The translations under genes and the position numbers were made by a program. This document shows, piece by piece, positions 30,846 through 47,231 of a stretch of DNA of 64,000 nucleotides. The stretch comes from the human T2T-CHM13v2.0 reference genome, Homo sapiens. The notes beneath the pieces are model-generated. The model worked only from the letters and a program-made list of their open reading frames with translations, did no database searches and was not told the DNA's origin. The DNA is taken from the NCBI RefSeq assembly GCF_009914755.1, contig NC_060932.1. One strand, 5' to 3'. How positions within the stretch are numbered: the first letter of the stretch is position 1; each line of letters starts with the position of its first letter.

Positions 30846-31892
30846 ATACAGTAGGGATTCCTGAAAAAAGTAGGAATTCCTGAAAAAATGCAATGACGCT
30901 TAAGAGAGTGTTTTCAGATATTGATATACGGCTTTCACTGTGCAAAATATTAGAAAATTCACAAACATAAAAAATCAAACTATTTTATCAGATTATGAGT
31001 CCCCTTTTAAATGACAGTTGATTGCAAAAACAAGATGGTCTTCTTCCTCCAAAAGGAGGAAGAGAAGGGTGTCATTTTCCCAAAATGATGAGTCAATATT
31101 TTCTTTGGTATCTTCTTGGTTTGTACTTTTGGTACAGGCCGACATGCTAAATTATCCTTCAGATTTGGGACAAAATAATTGGGAATGGAAAGGAAACTGA
31201 AATCAGCATCAATTTGTGATTTAATCTTTCACATTTAAACTTTAATTCAATTGAAACTTATTTTAGTTAGCAAGTAGTTCCATCTATATTTATGGATCAT
31301 TTCCATATTGGTTGGGATGCTATCTCTATCACATATTTGTTTAAATGTGGGCCTCTTTCTGGTCTTCTGTTCTGTAAATCTTTCTGCCTAGCTCTCTGCT
31401 ATTAGTATACTGTTTAAATTTCTGTGGCTTTAAAACATATTTTGAATATAGGAGAACAAGGCTTTCTTTATTACCCTTCTTTAAAAAAATTGGCTATTAT
31501 ATAGTCCTTCTATCAAAAAGTTCATCATTTTTATAGATTTTAAAATATTTCATTGAAATTTTAATTGAAGTTGTATTAAATTTATAGAGTTTTGCAGAAA
31601 ATTGGCATTTAATTTTTCCAGAAGATCTCTCCAATTCACAGTCTTCTTTTAATAATCTTCTTTTAGTAAACTTCAGCAAAGTTTTTTTCAAATCGGTACT
31701 GTAGAATTCTTGTTGAATATCCCCTAAGTATTTAATTTTTGTTTGCTAAACAAAGGAATATGAATAGTTAACTAAAGTTGTGAATAAGATCTTTTATTTC
31801 AAATGACTGTTGCAGGGAAGCAAAAGAAATAAGCATGATCTGCATTCCCACCACCTATCATAATCGCTGTTATTATTTTAAAGTTCTCCGTG

Positions 31893-31894
<2 letters not shown>

Positions 31895-31930
<36 letters not shown>

Positions 31931-31960
31931 ACACACGCACAGAGACAGAGAGAGAGAGAG
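31895..31960. repeat. Compound (CA)n(GA)n microsatellite
   Basis: Direct reading. Confidence 0.95.
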
Positions 31961-33492
31961 GTTCATATTATTTTCCTCTGACCATATGTAAAGTTATAGA
32001 ATAAGGCCTACTTGATCATGGTGTATTAGTCTCACTAATGTACGCTACATTAAATTTGCTGACATTTAATGTAAAATTTCATGTATTTCTACTGTAGATG
32101 AGGCCATTTCTATTGGCCTATCATTTTCTCTCCTTTTCAGCATTTCTAAGATTTTGTATCAGAGCTCTGCTATGTTGATCAAATAATTGTGAAACTTTCC
32201 ACATTTTTACAAGTTTGGAATAATTCAATAGGCAGCGAGATTACTTTTTCCTTAAAGATTTGAAATAATTAGCCAATTAAAGCCTGTAAGTGAATACCGG
32301 ATATGTATTTTTATAAGAGATTAGAAGTAAGGTACTTGTTGCCTCACTATTCCAGTAGATGTAGAGCAGAGATCAGTAAGATAGATTCTAAAAGGTCTGA
32401 GAGGAGGAGCCTTGATTGAAACTCAGACTGGAGAAGCAAAAGGACCTGTAAGCTTCAGGATTGGGTTTGGGTCCTTGTGCCACCAGCAGATGACATTGCT
32501 CTTCTCTGTAGTTTCCTTTTTTTTTAGTCTGTAAAATAAAGATTTTATTCCAATCTGTAAAAGATTGGAACAATCATGCCAATCTTCAAATAAGTGATAA
32601 ATGAATCAGCTATTTTTGCAGGAACCTCTGGGAAGCTCTGAACACATGTGGAAAGTTTTCGATGCTTGGTGCAGACAGTACTGCAATTTGGGAGGATATC
32701 TCCTCCCAACTATCACTTCTGCATTGACTGCTGTATTGCTATGGCATCTGGAGCATTGGAAACTGTGGGACAGGAGGCGGCCCTCACTGTGGTTATCTAC
32801 AGAGGCAGCCTGAGGGTCCCTATGTGAGAAGCAGAACTGCAGAGAAACAAGGTGGGCACTCCTGGTGACTGAGCTGGTAATTTGGCCCTTGGGCACATGG
32901 GGACATCAGTGGGGACTTTCAGAAATACATGGGGCGGGGAGTTGTGGGGTGATGCAGGGTAATGGAAGTTTTTGAGAACAGCAGCGCAAAAATAGAAAAT
33001 TGGGTTAATGTTGTAAAAGTGACCTGCTATAAACCCACAGGCTGCTGAGTCCTAGAGAATGTCCAGATGAAACAAGCATCATGTTTTGAGTGGTGCAGAT
33101 GGGTCCAACCACATGGGGAGCAAAAGGAAGGAAGATACTAGTTACCAACCTAGTTACTTTTGAGGTGTGTGGTGGTGAGCAGAGCCATGTGGGAGAAGCC
33201 TGCTTTAGACCTGAACTTGGTAATACATCTGCAGGAAGCTGGCTTCTTGTTGCATTATCCAGGAAGTAACCCAGCTGCCCATAGTTCACTCCTTCTATGC
33301 AAAAGAGGCAAAAGACTGAAAAACAAGTTGGACCCAGGGAAGTTTTTCAAGAATGCAAGTTTCAGGGTTAGCAGCCATGCCATGCAGTGTCACCTGGAAA
33401 GGATGGCTCTGCTTACGGCACCTGCACTGACACCCGCCCATCAGTCCTATCCTACCCTGGGTCCTGGCTGGTAAGTTAGCCAGGTGTGGTGA

Positions 33493-33649
33493 GTGTGTGC
33501 CACCATGCCCAGCTAATTAATATTTTTTTGTAGAGACGGGGTGCCACTGTGTTGCCCAGGCTGGTCTCAAATCCCTGGCTCAGGCAACCCTCCTCTTGCC
33601 TTGGCCTCCCAAAGTCTTGGGATTGCAGGCTGAGCCACTGCACCTGGCC
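33493..33649 (-). mobile_element. AluJ fragment (left arm plus start of right arm)
   Basis: ttttgtagagacgggg ... gttgcccaggctggtctc ... gagccactgcacctggcc. Confidence 0.8.
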
Positions 33650-33668
33650 CTGGGTATATTCTTTACAT

Positions 33669-33960
33669 CAGACGACAGCTGACTTTTGTGCAAAGGGCCA
33701 GGTAGTAAATACTTTAGGCCTTGTGGCCCTGTATCAACTACTCAACTCTGTCCTTGTCTTGCAAAAGCAACCACAGATGATATGTAAATGAATGATAATG
33801 GCTGTGTTCTAGTAAAACTTTATTATGGACATTGAAATTTGAATTTCAGATAGTTTTCATGTTGTGAAATATTATTCTTCTTGTGTTTCTTTCAATCATT
33901 TAAAATGCAAAAATCATCCTTAGTTTTCAGGCTTTACAACAGGTGGCAGACTATAGTTGC
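33669..33960. mobile_element. MER58B-like hAT MITE
   Basis: aaagggccaggtagtaaatactttaggc ... caactactcaactctg ... atggacattgaaatttgaatttca. Confidence 0.75.
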
Positions 33961-34809
33961 TTTACTCATACAAAAGATTCACTTGCTTTACTAAGTCCCT
34001 TGGTGGGTCAATCCCACCCATAGATATAAAACTAAACAGCAAAGGATCTTGATGAAAATTCAGTGAAGCATCATCTACAGCAAATTGCCCAGAAAACCCT
34101 AAAAATTTTGAGCTAGCTAGTCTTCTAGACAAATGCTCTCAGGTAGTGACTTTAACAGAAACGATGTAATGAAAGACCAGATTCCTAGATAAAACCACTC
34201 TTGCCTTTAATGGTTCAAAAGAAGAAAGTACAACTACACTATCAGTAGTTTATTATACTGATAAATTAATGTTTATCATCCAGCTAGCTGCTACACTACA
34301 TTTCTTCCCCTTTGAGCAAGATGGTGAAGCTATCACCTAGTACATCATTCTGAGTTTAAAAAAACATCATTGCAAGTGAAACAGGTATTTACCAAGAGTT
34401 CTAGAATGGCCAGAAGAATTCTTGATATATTAAATATCTTATAAACATCTAATGAAAGTGAATAGAAATCTTTATTTTAGCCTTCTCAAATCTCAGGTTT
34501 CATCTTTTGTTTCTATACTTACATTCTCAAGTCACTGAGTACATACTACTCTCCTTCTATTTTTTTGAAAACCCAAACAAAACAAATATAACAACAAAAA
34601 GCTTCCAGTGTCTTCATGTTAGTATAAGATGGCACTGGAAGATCAGAAAAAGCTCCTGAAGCTCTGAGAAGTACCATACAATTTTCTGCGTTGTCATTTT
34701 CAATCACTGAAGGTGCATAGAAGCTGGACTTTTGTAAGTTCCAAAAGTGATTGTATAACTTTTTCCCCAGCAGACATTTTTTGAGCCATCTCTTTGTAGA
34801 GGGGACATT

Positions 34810-35045
34810 AAAGCATAGTGTTCAAGGGCAAAAATTTTAGCAAGACAGAGCCCTAGGCTCAAAATTCAGTTCTGCTACTTACCACATACAACTTTGGACA
34901 AATTGCTCTAAATCATAGTATTCTCATGAGCAAAACAAAGCTGATAATAACCATTTCTCACTGTTATTGTGAAACAAAATGAGATATTGTATGCAAGGCA
35001 TTTAGTACAATGTCTAGCAAATAGTAAGGATTTAAAAAAATGGCA
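34810..35045 (+). mobile_element. MIR (near full length); its 3' end is the L1 target site
   Basis: agcatagtgttcaagggc ... ctctgctacttacca-like ... gcaaggcatttagtacaatgtctagcaaatagtaag. Confidence 0.65.
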
Positions 35046-35308
35046 ACTCTTATTTTTTTTATTTTATTTTTATTTTTATTTTTATTTATTTATTTATTTA
35101 TTTTTATTATACTTTAAGTTTTAGGGTACATGTGCACATTGTGCAGGTTAGTTACATATGTATACAAGTGCCATGCTGGTGCACTGCACCCACTAACTCG
35201 TCATCTAGCATTAGGTATATCTCCCCATGCTATCCCTCCCCACTCCCCCGACCCCACAACAGTCCCCAGTGTGATATTCCCCTTCCTGTGTCCATGTGTT
35301 CTCATTGT

Positions 35309-39146
<3,838 letters not shown>

Positions 39147-39194
39147 TTATTTTGCTCGTTAGTTGATGCAGTTTCTTCCTAGTCTCGATGGTCT

Positions 39195-40211
39195 TTACAT
39201 TTTGGCATGATTTTGCAGCGGCTGGTACTGGTTGTTCCTTTCCATGTTTAGCGCTTCCTTCAGGAGCTCTTTTAGGGCAGGCCTGGTGGTGACAAAATCT
39301 CTCAGCATTTGCTTGTCTGTAAAGTATTTGATTTCTCCTTCGCTTATGAAGCTTAGTTTGGCTGGATTTGAAATTCTGGGTTGAAAATTCTTGTCTTTAA
39401 GAATATTGAATATTGGCCCCCACTCTCTTCTGGCTTGTAGGGTTTCTGCCGAGAGATCCGCTGTTAGTCTGATGGGCTTCCCTTTGAGGGTAACCCGACC
39501 TTTCTCTCTGGCTGCCCTTAACATTTTTTCCTTCATTTCAACTTTGGTGAATCTGACAATTATGTGTCTTGGAGTTGCTCTTCTCGAGGAGTATCTTTGT
39601 GGCGTTCTCTGTATTTCCTGAATTTGAATGTTGGCCTGCCTTGCTAGATTGGGGAAGTTCTCCTGGATAATATCCTGCAGAGTGTTTTCCAACTTGGTTC
39701 CATTCTCCCCATCACTTTCAGGTACACCAATCAGACGTAGATTTGGTCTTTTCACATAGTTCCATATTTCTTGCAGGCTTTGCTCGTTTCTTTTTATTCT
39801 TTTTTCTCTAAACTTCCCTTCTCGCTTCATTTCATTCATTTCATCTTCCATCGCTGATACCCTTTCTTCCAGTTGATCGCATCGGCTCCTGAGGCTTCTG
39901 CATTCTTCACGTAGTTCTCGAGCCTTGGTTTTCAGCTCCATCAGCTCCTTTAAGCACTTGTCTGTATTGGTTATTCTAGTTATACATTCTTCTAAATTTT
40001 TTTCAAAGTTTTCAACTTCTTTGCCTTTGGTTTGAATGTCCTCCCGTAGCTCAGAGTAATTTGATCATCTGAAGCCTTCTTCTCTCAGCTCGTTAAAGTC
40101 ATTCTCCATCCAGCTTTGTTCCGTTGCTGGTGAGGAACTGCGTTCCTTTGGAGGAGGAGAGGCGCTCTGCATTTTAGAGTTTCCAGTTTTTCTGTTCTGT
40201 TTTTTCCCCAT
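39195..40211 (-). pseudogene. L1 ORF1p, nonsense at codon 49
   Basis: ATG at 40211 (MGKKQNRKTGNSK); CGA>TGA at 40065-40067; remainder open to ...LQNHAKM*. Confidence 0.95.
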
Positions 40212-41112
40212 CTTTGTGGTTTTATCTACTTTTGGTCTTTGATGATGGTGATGTACAGATGGGTTTTTGGTGTGGATGTCCTTTCTGTTTGTTAGTTTTC
40301 CTTCTAACAGACAGGACCCTCAGCTGCAGGTCTGTTGGAATACCCTGCCGTGTGAGGTGTCAGTCTGCCCCTGCTGGGGGGTGCCTCCCAGTTAGGCTGC
40401 TCAGGGGTCAGGGGTCAGGGACCCACTTGAGGAGGCAGTCTGCCCGTTCTCAGATCTCCAGCTGCGTGCTGGGAGAACCACTGCTCTCTTCAAAGCTGTC
40501 AGAGAGGGACATTTAAGTCTGCAGAGGTTACTGCTGTCTTTTTGTTTGTCTGTGCCCTGCCCCCAGAGGTGGAGCCTACGGAGGCAGGCAGGCCTCCTTG
40601 AGCTGTGGTAGGCTCCACCCATTTCCAGCTTCCTGGCTGCTTTGTTTACCTAAGCAAGCCTGGGCAATGGCGGGTGCCCCTCCCCCAGCCTCGCTGCCGC
40701 CTTGCAGTTTGATCTCAGACTGCTGTGCTAGCAATCAGCGAGACTCCGTGGGCGTAGGACCCTCCAAGCCAGGTGCGGGGTATAATCTCGTGGTGCGCCG
40801 TTTTTTAAGCCCGTCGGAAAAGCGCAGTATTCGGGTGGGAGTGACCCGATTTTCCAGGTGCCGTCAGTCACCCCTTTCTTTGACTCGGAAAGGGAACTCC
40901 CTGACCCCTTGCGCTTCCCAAGTGAGGCAATGCCTCGCCCTGCTTCGGCTCGCTCACGGTGCGCGCACCCACTGACCTGCACCCACTGTCTGGCACTCCC
41001 TAGTGAGATGAACCCGGTACCTCAGATGGAAATGCAGAAATCACCGTCTTCTGCGTCGCTCACGCTGGGAGCTGTAGACCAGAGCTGTTCCTATTCGGCC
41101 ATCTTGGCTCCT
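40212..41112. promoter_or_regulatory. L1 5'UTR: sense promoter (minus strand) and antisense promoter (plus strand)
   Basis: Intact YY1 site (cggccatcttg, 41096-41106); CpG-rich at 40680-41100. Confidence 0.85.
40667..40975 (+). CDS. L1 ORF0 (antisense ORF), open, 102 aa
   Basis: MAGAPPPASLPPCSLISDCCASNQRDSVGVGPS... from ATG 40667 in a strong Kozak context (gcaATGg); expression not shown. Confidence 0.7.
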   Translation: MAGAPPPASLPPCSLISDCCASNQRDSVGVGPSKPGAGYNLVVRRFLSPSEKRSIRVGVTRFSRCRQSPLSLTRKGNSLTPCASQVRQCLALLRLAHGARTH

Positions 41113-42282
41113 TATTCACCGGCAACTCTTATTTTTTCAACTATTGGATTTACTCTGTGTGTGTGTTTGTGTGTGTGTGTATGTGAATGCGTGTATCTGT
41201 TTGCGTGTATTGGAATATATTCCAGGAAGAATCATTGAAACATGTTTGTCTTGTGACACTCACAGATGGATATAAAAATGTTCTGGGAAATAAAATTATC
41301 ATACAGAATTTGTGTCTCAATCCATCAGGTTTTTGCAGAAGAATCAAATTCTGAGTGAACAGATATTGTGGCCTGTGAAATCAAAGAGAGATGCTGAACA
41401 TTTCAAGTATGTTCTTTGCTGACTGTCAAAGCAAAGTATACACAAAAACAGCAGGACAGTTCATAACAGAAACACACCCACACACACACAGACATTAATG
41501 CAGTTGGATGTACATTCTATGGCTCACACTTGCTTAAGATAGCACAGAATAGAAATTCTCGAAAGAGTCCTAGAGGAATAAAAAGCTGCATGAATGTGTG
41601 AAAACTATTCATATTGGAAGTGTTTCCTTCGAGAAAAAAAGTGCCAGCAAAATAAAGACCCTGAAATACAACAGGAGGACTCAACACAGTGGGAGGTAAA
41701 GAATTAGAATCCACTGGCGCATTACAATACCTGTAGATTAAACACCACCACCACTGGATTTGGTGAACATTTCTTCTGGATTTAACTATAAAACCCCCAG
41801 AAGGATCTAAAGCCACTTTCTTCAGCAATATCTGGATCTGTTGGTAGACACAACTTACAGAAATGACCCAGGTAAAAGCAGCTGATTTAGTTACTCTCAA
41901 GCTGCCTCTGCTTATAAGTACAGAGCAAGATAAGAAGAAAGAAAGACTATAATACAGATACTGGTACATTTTTGTCATATGCTTCTGCAACCATAAACTT
42001 TTTGGATGCAGGACCCGGTAGTAACTACATAAATAATGTTATTGCTGAGCAGGATAGTAAATAATTCAAGCCTCATACTCAGGATCCTTACAATTGTTGC
42101 AAAATTCAGATTATTTCCAGGTACTCGGGCCAGGGATATAGATTGCCAGGAAATCTGTCAAACACATCTTTCTGGTGACCTACTGGCAAGCCTTTGCAAT
42201 CTCAGCTTTTGGCTCACCTTACTTTATGCTGAATCCTATTTATCAATGTCCTACAACGTGTGAATGACATCAGCCTATATTA

Positions 42283-42288
<6 letters not shown>

Positions 42289-42322
<34 letters not shown>
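42289..42322. repeat. (CA)n microsatellite
   Basis: About 17 units, bracketed by aagaaaaca. Confidence 0.95.
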
Positions 42323-42323
<1 letters not shown>

Positions 42324-42697
42324 GAAAACAGCAAGCAAGAAGTGAAAGACTACACAAAAGTGTGAAGTTAATCATTTGACTTTTCAGAGCATCATGAAAG
42401 TGATAAATCATTAACACCAGAGGAGGCTGCAACTGCCCAGGGGTTAGTTCAGAAAAGAAACAGGTGTGGAGAATACCAAAAGACCAAGGTGCTTTTGACC
42501 AGCTTCAATCCTTTCCCAGCTCTCTGGCTCCTTTGCTGAAAAAGGACACTCAACTCTGACGGCTTCAAGTACAGAAAATGTGATTTTCTGCGTTCACTCT
42601 TAATGTTCGTGGTTTCTTCAGTTTTCATGTTTCTGCATGCTTTTTATAAACTGGTAAAAACAAAAGAGTTATCTACTGCTTTAAAAAGTCTCATAGT

Positions 42698-43012
<315 letters not shown>

Positions 43013-46000
43013 TCATAGTTTATATCTCCCTTTCTAGAAAACAACACAACATTTATAAGTCAATTCAATCAGTAACGTTGTGGCTATTTTAAGTTACTCT
43101 TTCCTGATTTAGAGTAAAACATTTTATGACCTGGGGAAAAAGAAGTTATAAATACGTTTGTATGCTACTAAGCTAAAAATTATATGTGGTAAACATAGTT
43201 CAAATTGTTCTCCAAATTTTCCTTTTAATCAAGAATGTTTTGGAGAAAATTTTAAAATCCTAATTTTTTCCCCAAGGTTTCAAAATAACTATAAATATTT
43301 TTTTCTTCATTATTAACTTAGTAGGAAACTTTGCTCCAAAAATTTGGGGAGGGACTCACCAATGTATGCTATGCTGATTTGGGTCATTCTTTTGTGGAGT
43401 TTTGTACATTTCAGGTCAGTCGGTGTGCATGGACTAAAGCCTGTGGAGGAATGGCCTTGTGGAATGGAGGTGACCCCTGCTCACTCAGCCAGGCTGGCAT
43501 TGGCTTCCACTGGGCTTCAAACCCTGTGTTTACTCTGCAGTCCAGCATTTTCTTTGCAACAGTCTGATCATCAAAGCAGACAAAAAGAGAGTTGGAGCAT
43601 GGCGAGGAGGATGCTATTGCTTCTTTCCTTTCTTTTAGTACCAAACATAAATAGAAGCAAGACAGGACTTCAGTTTGATTCTTAAAGAAGGGTTTAAAAT
43701 GTTTTGTTCTTGCACAACAAAGGCACAGAGACAAAAAGACTCCTACTTTCAAAGCAAAATTTATCTATCTTAAAAAAAAGAAATGGATGAAAATCAATCA
43801 TTTTAAAATTTGCTGAAACTTTAGTAAGTTACCCATGGTTTTGGAAATGAGCAGATCACTGTTCCTGTGTGATTATACTTCATGTTCAAATCCTTGCAAA
43901 AGAACAACACTGCAAAATCCAGTGTGGTTGAGTTTTAAAACCATGAGTCGAATTAAAGCGAGGAATATATATAACCAAACAATGACACTTAGGAGGTCTG
44001 AAAAACATAAGCAAACTACTTCATATGAGATTCCAGGATTTGTTACTGAACAAGATGAATAGTTTCCAAAGTGGTCAACTTGTTTGACTGGACTTGATTG
44101 CATTTTTGTGTTTTAAAGCTGGTTCATACCTGTCCAGGCAAGGCCGTCATTTCTTAGAAACAGAGCACGCTATTGTTTTATGCTGATCAATGTTTTTTTT
44201 ATTTTTAGTAGCTCCTGTGTCTTGTCCCCTCTCTAGTTGATCTGATCTATTTTCTTGACTATTTACTAAACCACAATGTATTATCGTTGTTCCTTCAGAC
44301 CCTTTAATGAAAGCCCCAGACTTTGGTACTTACTGGCTTGTAACCTTGCAGAAGTCACTTATGGCTGATGAGCCTCAAACTCCTCATCTGGGAGATGGCA
44401 GTGCATCCATCCACTCATTCCTTTAAAAATTGTGAATGTCTCCTAGATGTGGGGCATTGGGTGCAGAAAGACAAAGACAAATCAGACCTAGTCCTTGCTG
44501 TCATGGGTTTTGCTGTAATGGAGAGACACCCACGTAAATGCCATAAACGTCCTGAAGTGTGATCAGTGCCTCATGTGCCAGTGAGGGTGGGATGGTGTGA
44601 TCAGGTCTACTTTGGGGTAAGAGGAGTGGGAAACATCAGCACAGGTGAGAGAGGAGAGTGAGACATGTTGTAAAAGCACTTGGCTCATAATGGTAGCCAA
44701 CAATCATGAGCATTTCCTATGGGCTGGGTACTGGGCTGAGTGCTTGAGAGACATTTCATCCTGTCTCTCTAGTTCACCTCTTTGGTAGTTACTCTTATTA
44801 TCTAAATTGATAAGGAAATTGAGGCCTTCCGAGATGACACACTTTGCTCAAGGATACACTCAAAATGACAATCTCAAGGTTCTACCCCAGGCATTAGAAC
44901 CCCAGAACCCTCCTGTTTAACCACTAAACCATGCAGCCTTCCCCTTTCCTCGCTTTGGTTGCAGAAGCACCAAGTATTTGTTTGTGTCCTCCATGGCGCA
45001 GCAGTGCTCACAGCTATGGATGGTTTGGGGGTCAGGGGGAAGGCTCTGTGGGAGAGCAGGACAGGTTGTGGGGGGCTAGGTGCAGAGAGCTGAACAAAGC
45101 AGCTTTACCCATAAGGGGTTACTCAAAACTAAAACAAAAACTAAAAAAAGACATAAGTTCAGTTCCTCATTTTGGTCTTTCTCTTCCAGATAATATTTCT
45201 TTTCTCACTTAGCTCAAACTGACTGAAAAAGACATTGGTGATTCCCAACACCTTTAAAACCCAAGATCAAAGGAACAGTAGGTCCCACAATAGATGCAAA
45301 TGGACTCTCATACTTGGGGGATTTAAAATAAACAGCCAGGCAACAAACTTTCAACTATTGTTTAAATTCAGTCCAAAGGGATTTTCTAATCTGAAGAACT
45401 CCACTGTTTTATTTCAGGGTCAGAGCAAGTTCCCACTTAGTACACAGAAAGGTTTTCTATGAGGGAATTTTAAAAAGACATATGCAAATATACCAGAGAG
45501 ATTAATAGGACGGCATAGCTATGAGACACACAAAATGAAATACAATGACACATAATGTATTTTAGTTTGATTTTTCAATATTATATAAATGCTCTTAATT
45601 CATATTAAAACAACAATTAACGGAAAACAGCCTCGTTGGTTTGATAAACGGAATAGAGCCTTTTTTAAGGACATTTTTTTTTTTTCTGATTCCAAATGTA
45701 ATATAGTTGATTGTGGAAGAATGACAAATGCATGATAAATATACAAAGAAATGGAAGTCACCCCTTTGACTCTAGGCTCTCTAAGCTCTACTTACAGCCC
45801 CACTGTGAGCCTTCTGGAGGTATGCCCTGCCACTCTTGTGACTACTATAGCACATTCTCACTTCTCTCTTCTCTTTACACACATATGCACACACACACAT
45901 GCATGCACACACACACTGTCTGACTCTCGGTCCAGCTACCTCATGGCCTGACCTGTCCTCCCACCCAGCTCTCACCCCATCTCCCATACCAGCCACAATT

Positions 46001-46299
46001 GTGGGTGCCACTGCACTGTGGAGAAAGCAGACATGTACTGAGTGCGTCTGCTACCAAATCAAAGAAAGCGGAAGGCAACTGGGTTTGGTGGTTAACCATC
46101 AGGGTCTGGGGTTCCATTGCCTGGGTTAGCATCTTGCCTGGCACGTAGTAAATGGTCAATAAATGCTTGCTATTGTTACAACTAGATTTAGTATATACAT
46201 TATTGTTTCACAAAATTGGGCTTACAAATTGTATAGTTTTGTATCCAATGGAACTGATAATATTAAAGAAGCTTTAAAGTAAAATAATAAGGCAAGTTA

Positions 46300-46770
46300 T
46301 ACTAATCAGTCTTTGCATTGTAAGAGGCAGAAACCCAACTCAAACTACCTTAAGCACCAAGGATTTGTTGACTCATTGTATTTAAAGTCCGGGAAAATTT
46401 CTCTTCTTTGCACAGCTGAATCCAAGTGTTCAAACAGTGTTGTCATGTTCACTCTCCTTCCTCTCATTTCTCAGCTCAGCTTGTTTCTGTGTCTTTTGTT
46501 TGCATGTTGGACTTATTCTCTCCTGCTTTACACAACCTCTCTCTACATTGCTGACAAATCTTGGATTGACATGATCCAAAAAGAGAAAAAATGGTATTCC
46601 CTTAAGTAGCACAGAAGACTCTAACCCAGCTTGAGTCAAATATCCATCGTCAACCAATTTCTGTGTTTCTGATGTTCCTCAATTGGCCTGGGTCTTTTAC
46701 CTTCCTGCAGTGTGAGATGGGGCTGCTCATGGTCTTGGAAGGGGCACAGTGACTTTCCCACAGTATAGGA
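46300..46770 (-). mobile_element. Ancient MLT1 (J/K/L-like) LTR
   Basis: ttgtaagaggcagaaacccaactcaaactaccttaagc ... ttgactcat. Confidence 0.55.
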
Positions 46771-46896
46771 ATTTTCCAAAGGAACCAAAAAGCGTGAGTT
46801 AGTAACTGTGCTGGGTAAACATAAAGCTTTAGCAATCAGAGTTGTCATTCTTAGTTTTTAACAAGATATGGAATCAACTTTGAATTAAGCCTCAGA

Positions 46897-46926
46897 ATTG
46901 CTTCTTGGCCTTTGGCTGAGATCAAG
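46897..46926 (+). pseudogene. U2 snRNA 5'-fragment retropseudogene
   Basis: attgcttcttggcctttggctgagatcaag vs U2 nt 1-31 ATCGCTTCTCGGCCTTTTGGCTAAGATCAAG (two CpG>TpG changes, one A>G, one T lost); TSD ttaagcctcaga at 46885-46896 and 47244-47255. Confidence 0.85.
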
Positions 46927-46927
46927 C

Positions 46928-47231
46928 TTTTTTTTTTTTTTTGAGATGGAGTTTCGCTCTTGTTGCCCAGGCTGGAGTGAAATGATGTGATCTCAGCTCA
47001 CTGAAACCTCTTGCTTCCGGGTTGAAGCCATTCTTCTGCCTCAGCCTCCTGAGTAGAGTAGCTGGGATTACAGGTGTGCGCCACCATGCTGGGCTAATTT
47101 TGTATTTTTAGTAGAGACGAGGTTTCACCATGTTGGTCAGGCTGGTCTATGAACTCCTGACCTCAGGTAATCCATCCGCCTTGGCCTCCCAAAGTGCTGG
47201 GATTACAGACATGAGCCACTGGTGCCCAGCC
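46928..47231 (-). mobile_element. AluSp-like
   Basis: gagtttcgctcttgttgcccagg and atgttggtcaggctgg; own short TSD tcaagc(a)ttttttt. Confidence 0.9.

Noticed and set aside
30850-30888. 19-bp tandem duplication (agtagggattcctgaaaaa); similarly an 11-bp x3 repeat at ~62798-62830
   Set aside because: Ordinary slippage duplications with no spacers; not CRISPR-like
41500-42265. Specific assignment to bornavirus N/G, dUTPase, arrestin-domain or pneumovirus M
   Set aside because: Only 3-6 residue eye-matches in mixed frames with inconsistent spacing; mutually exclusive candidates fit equally well
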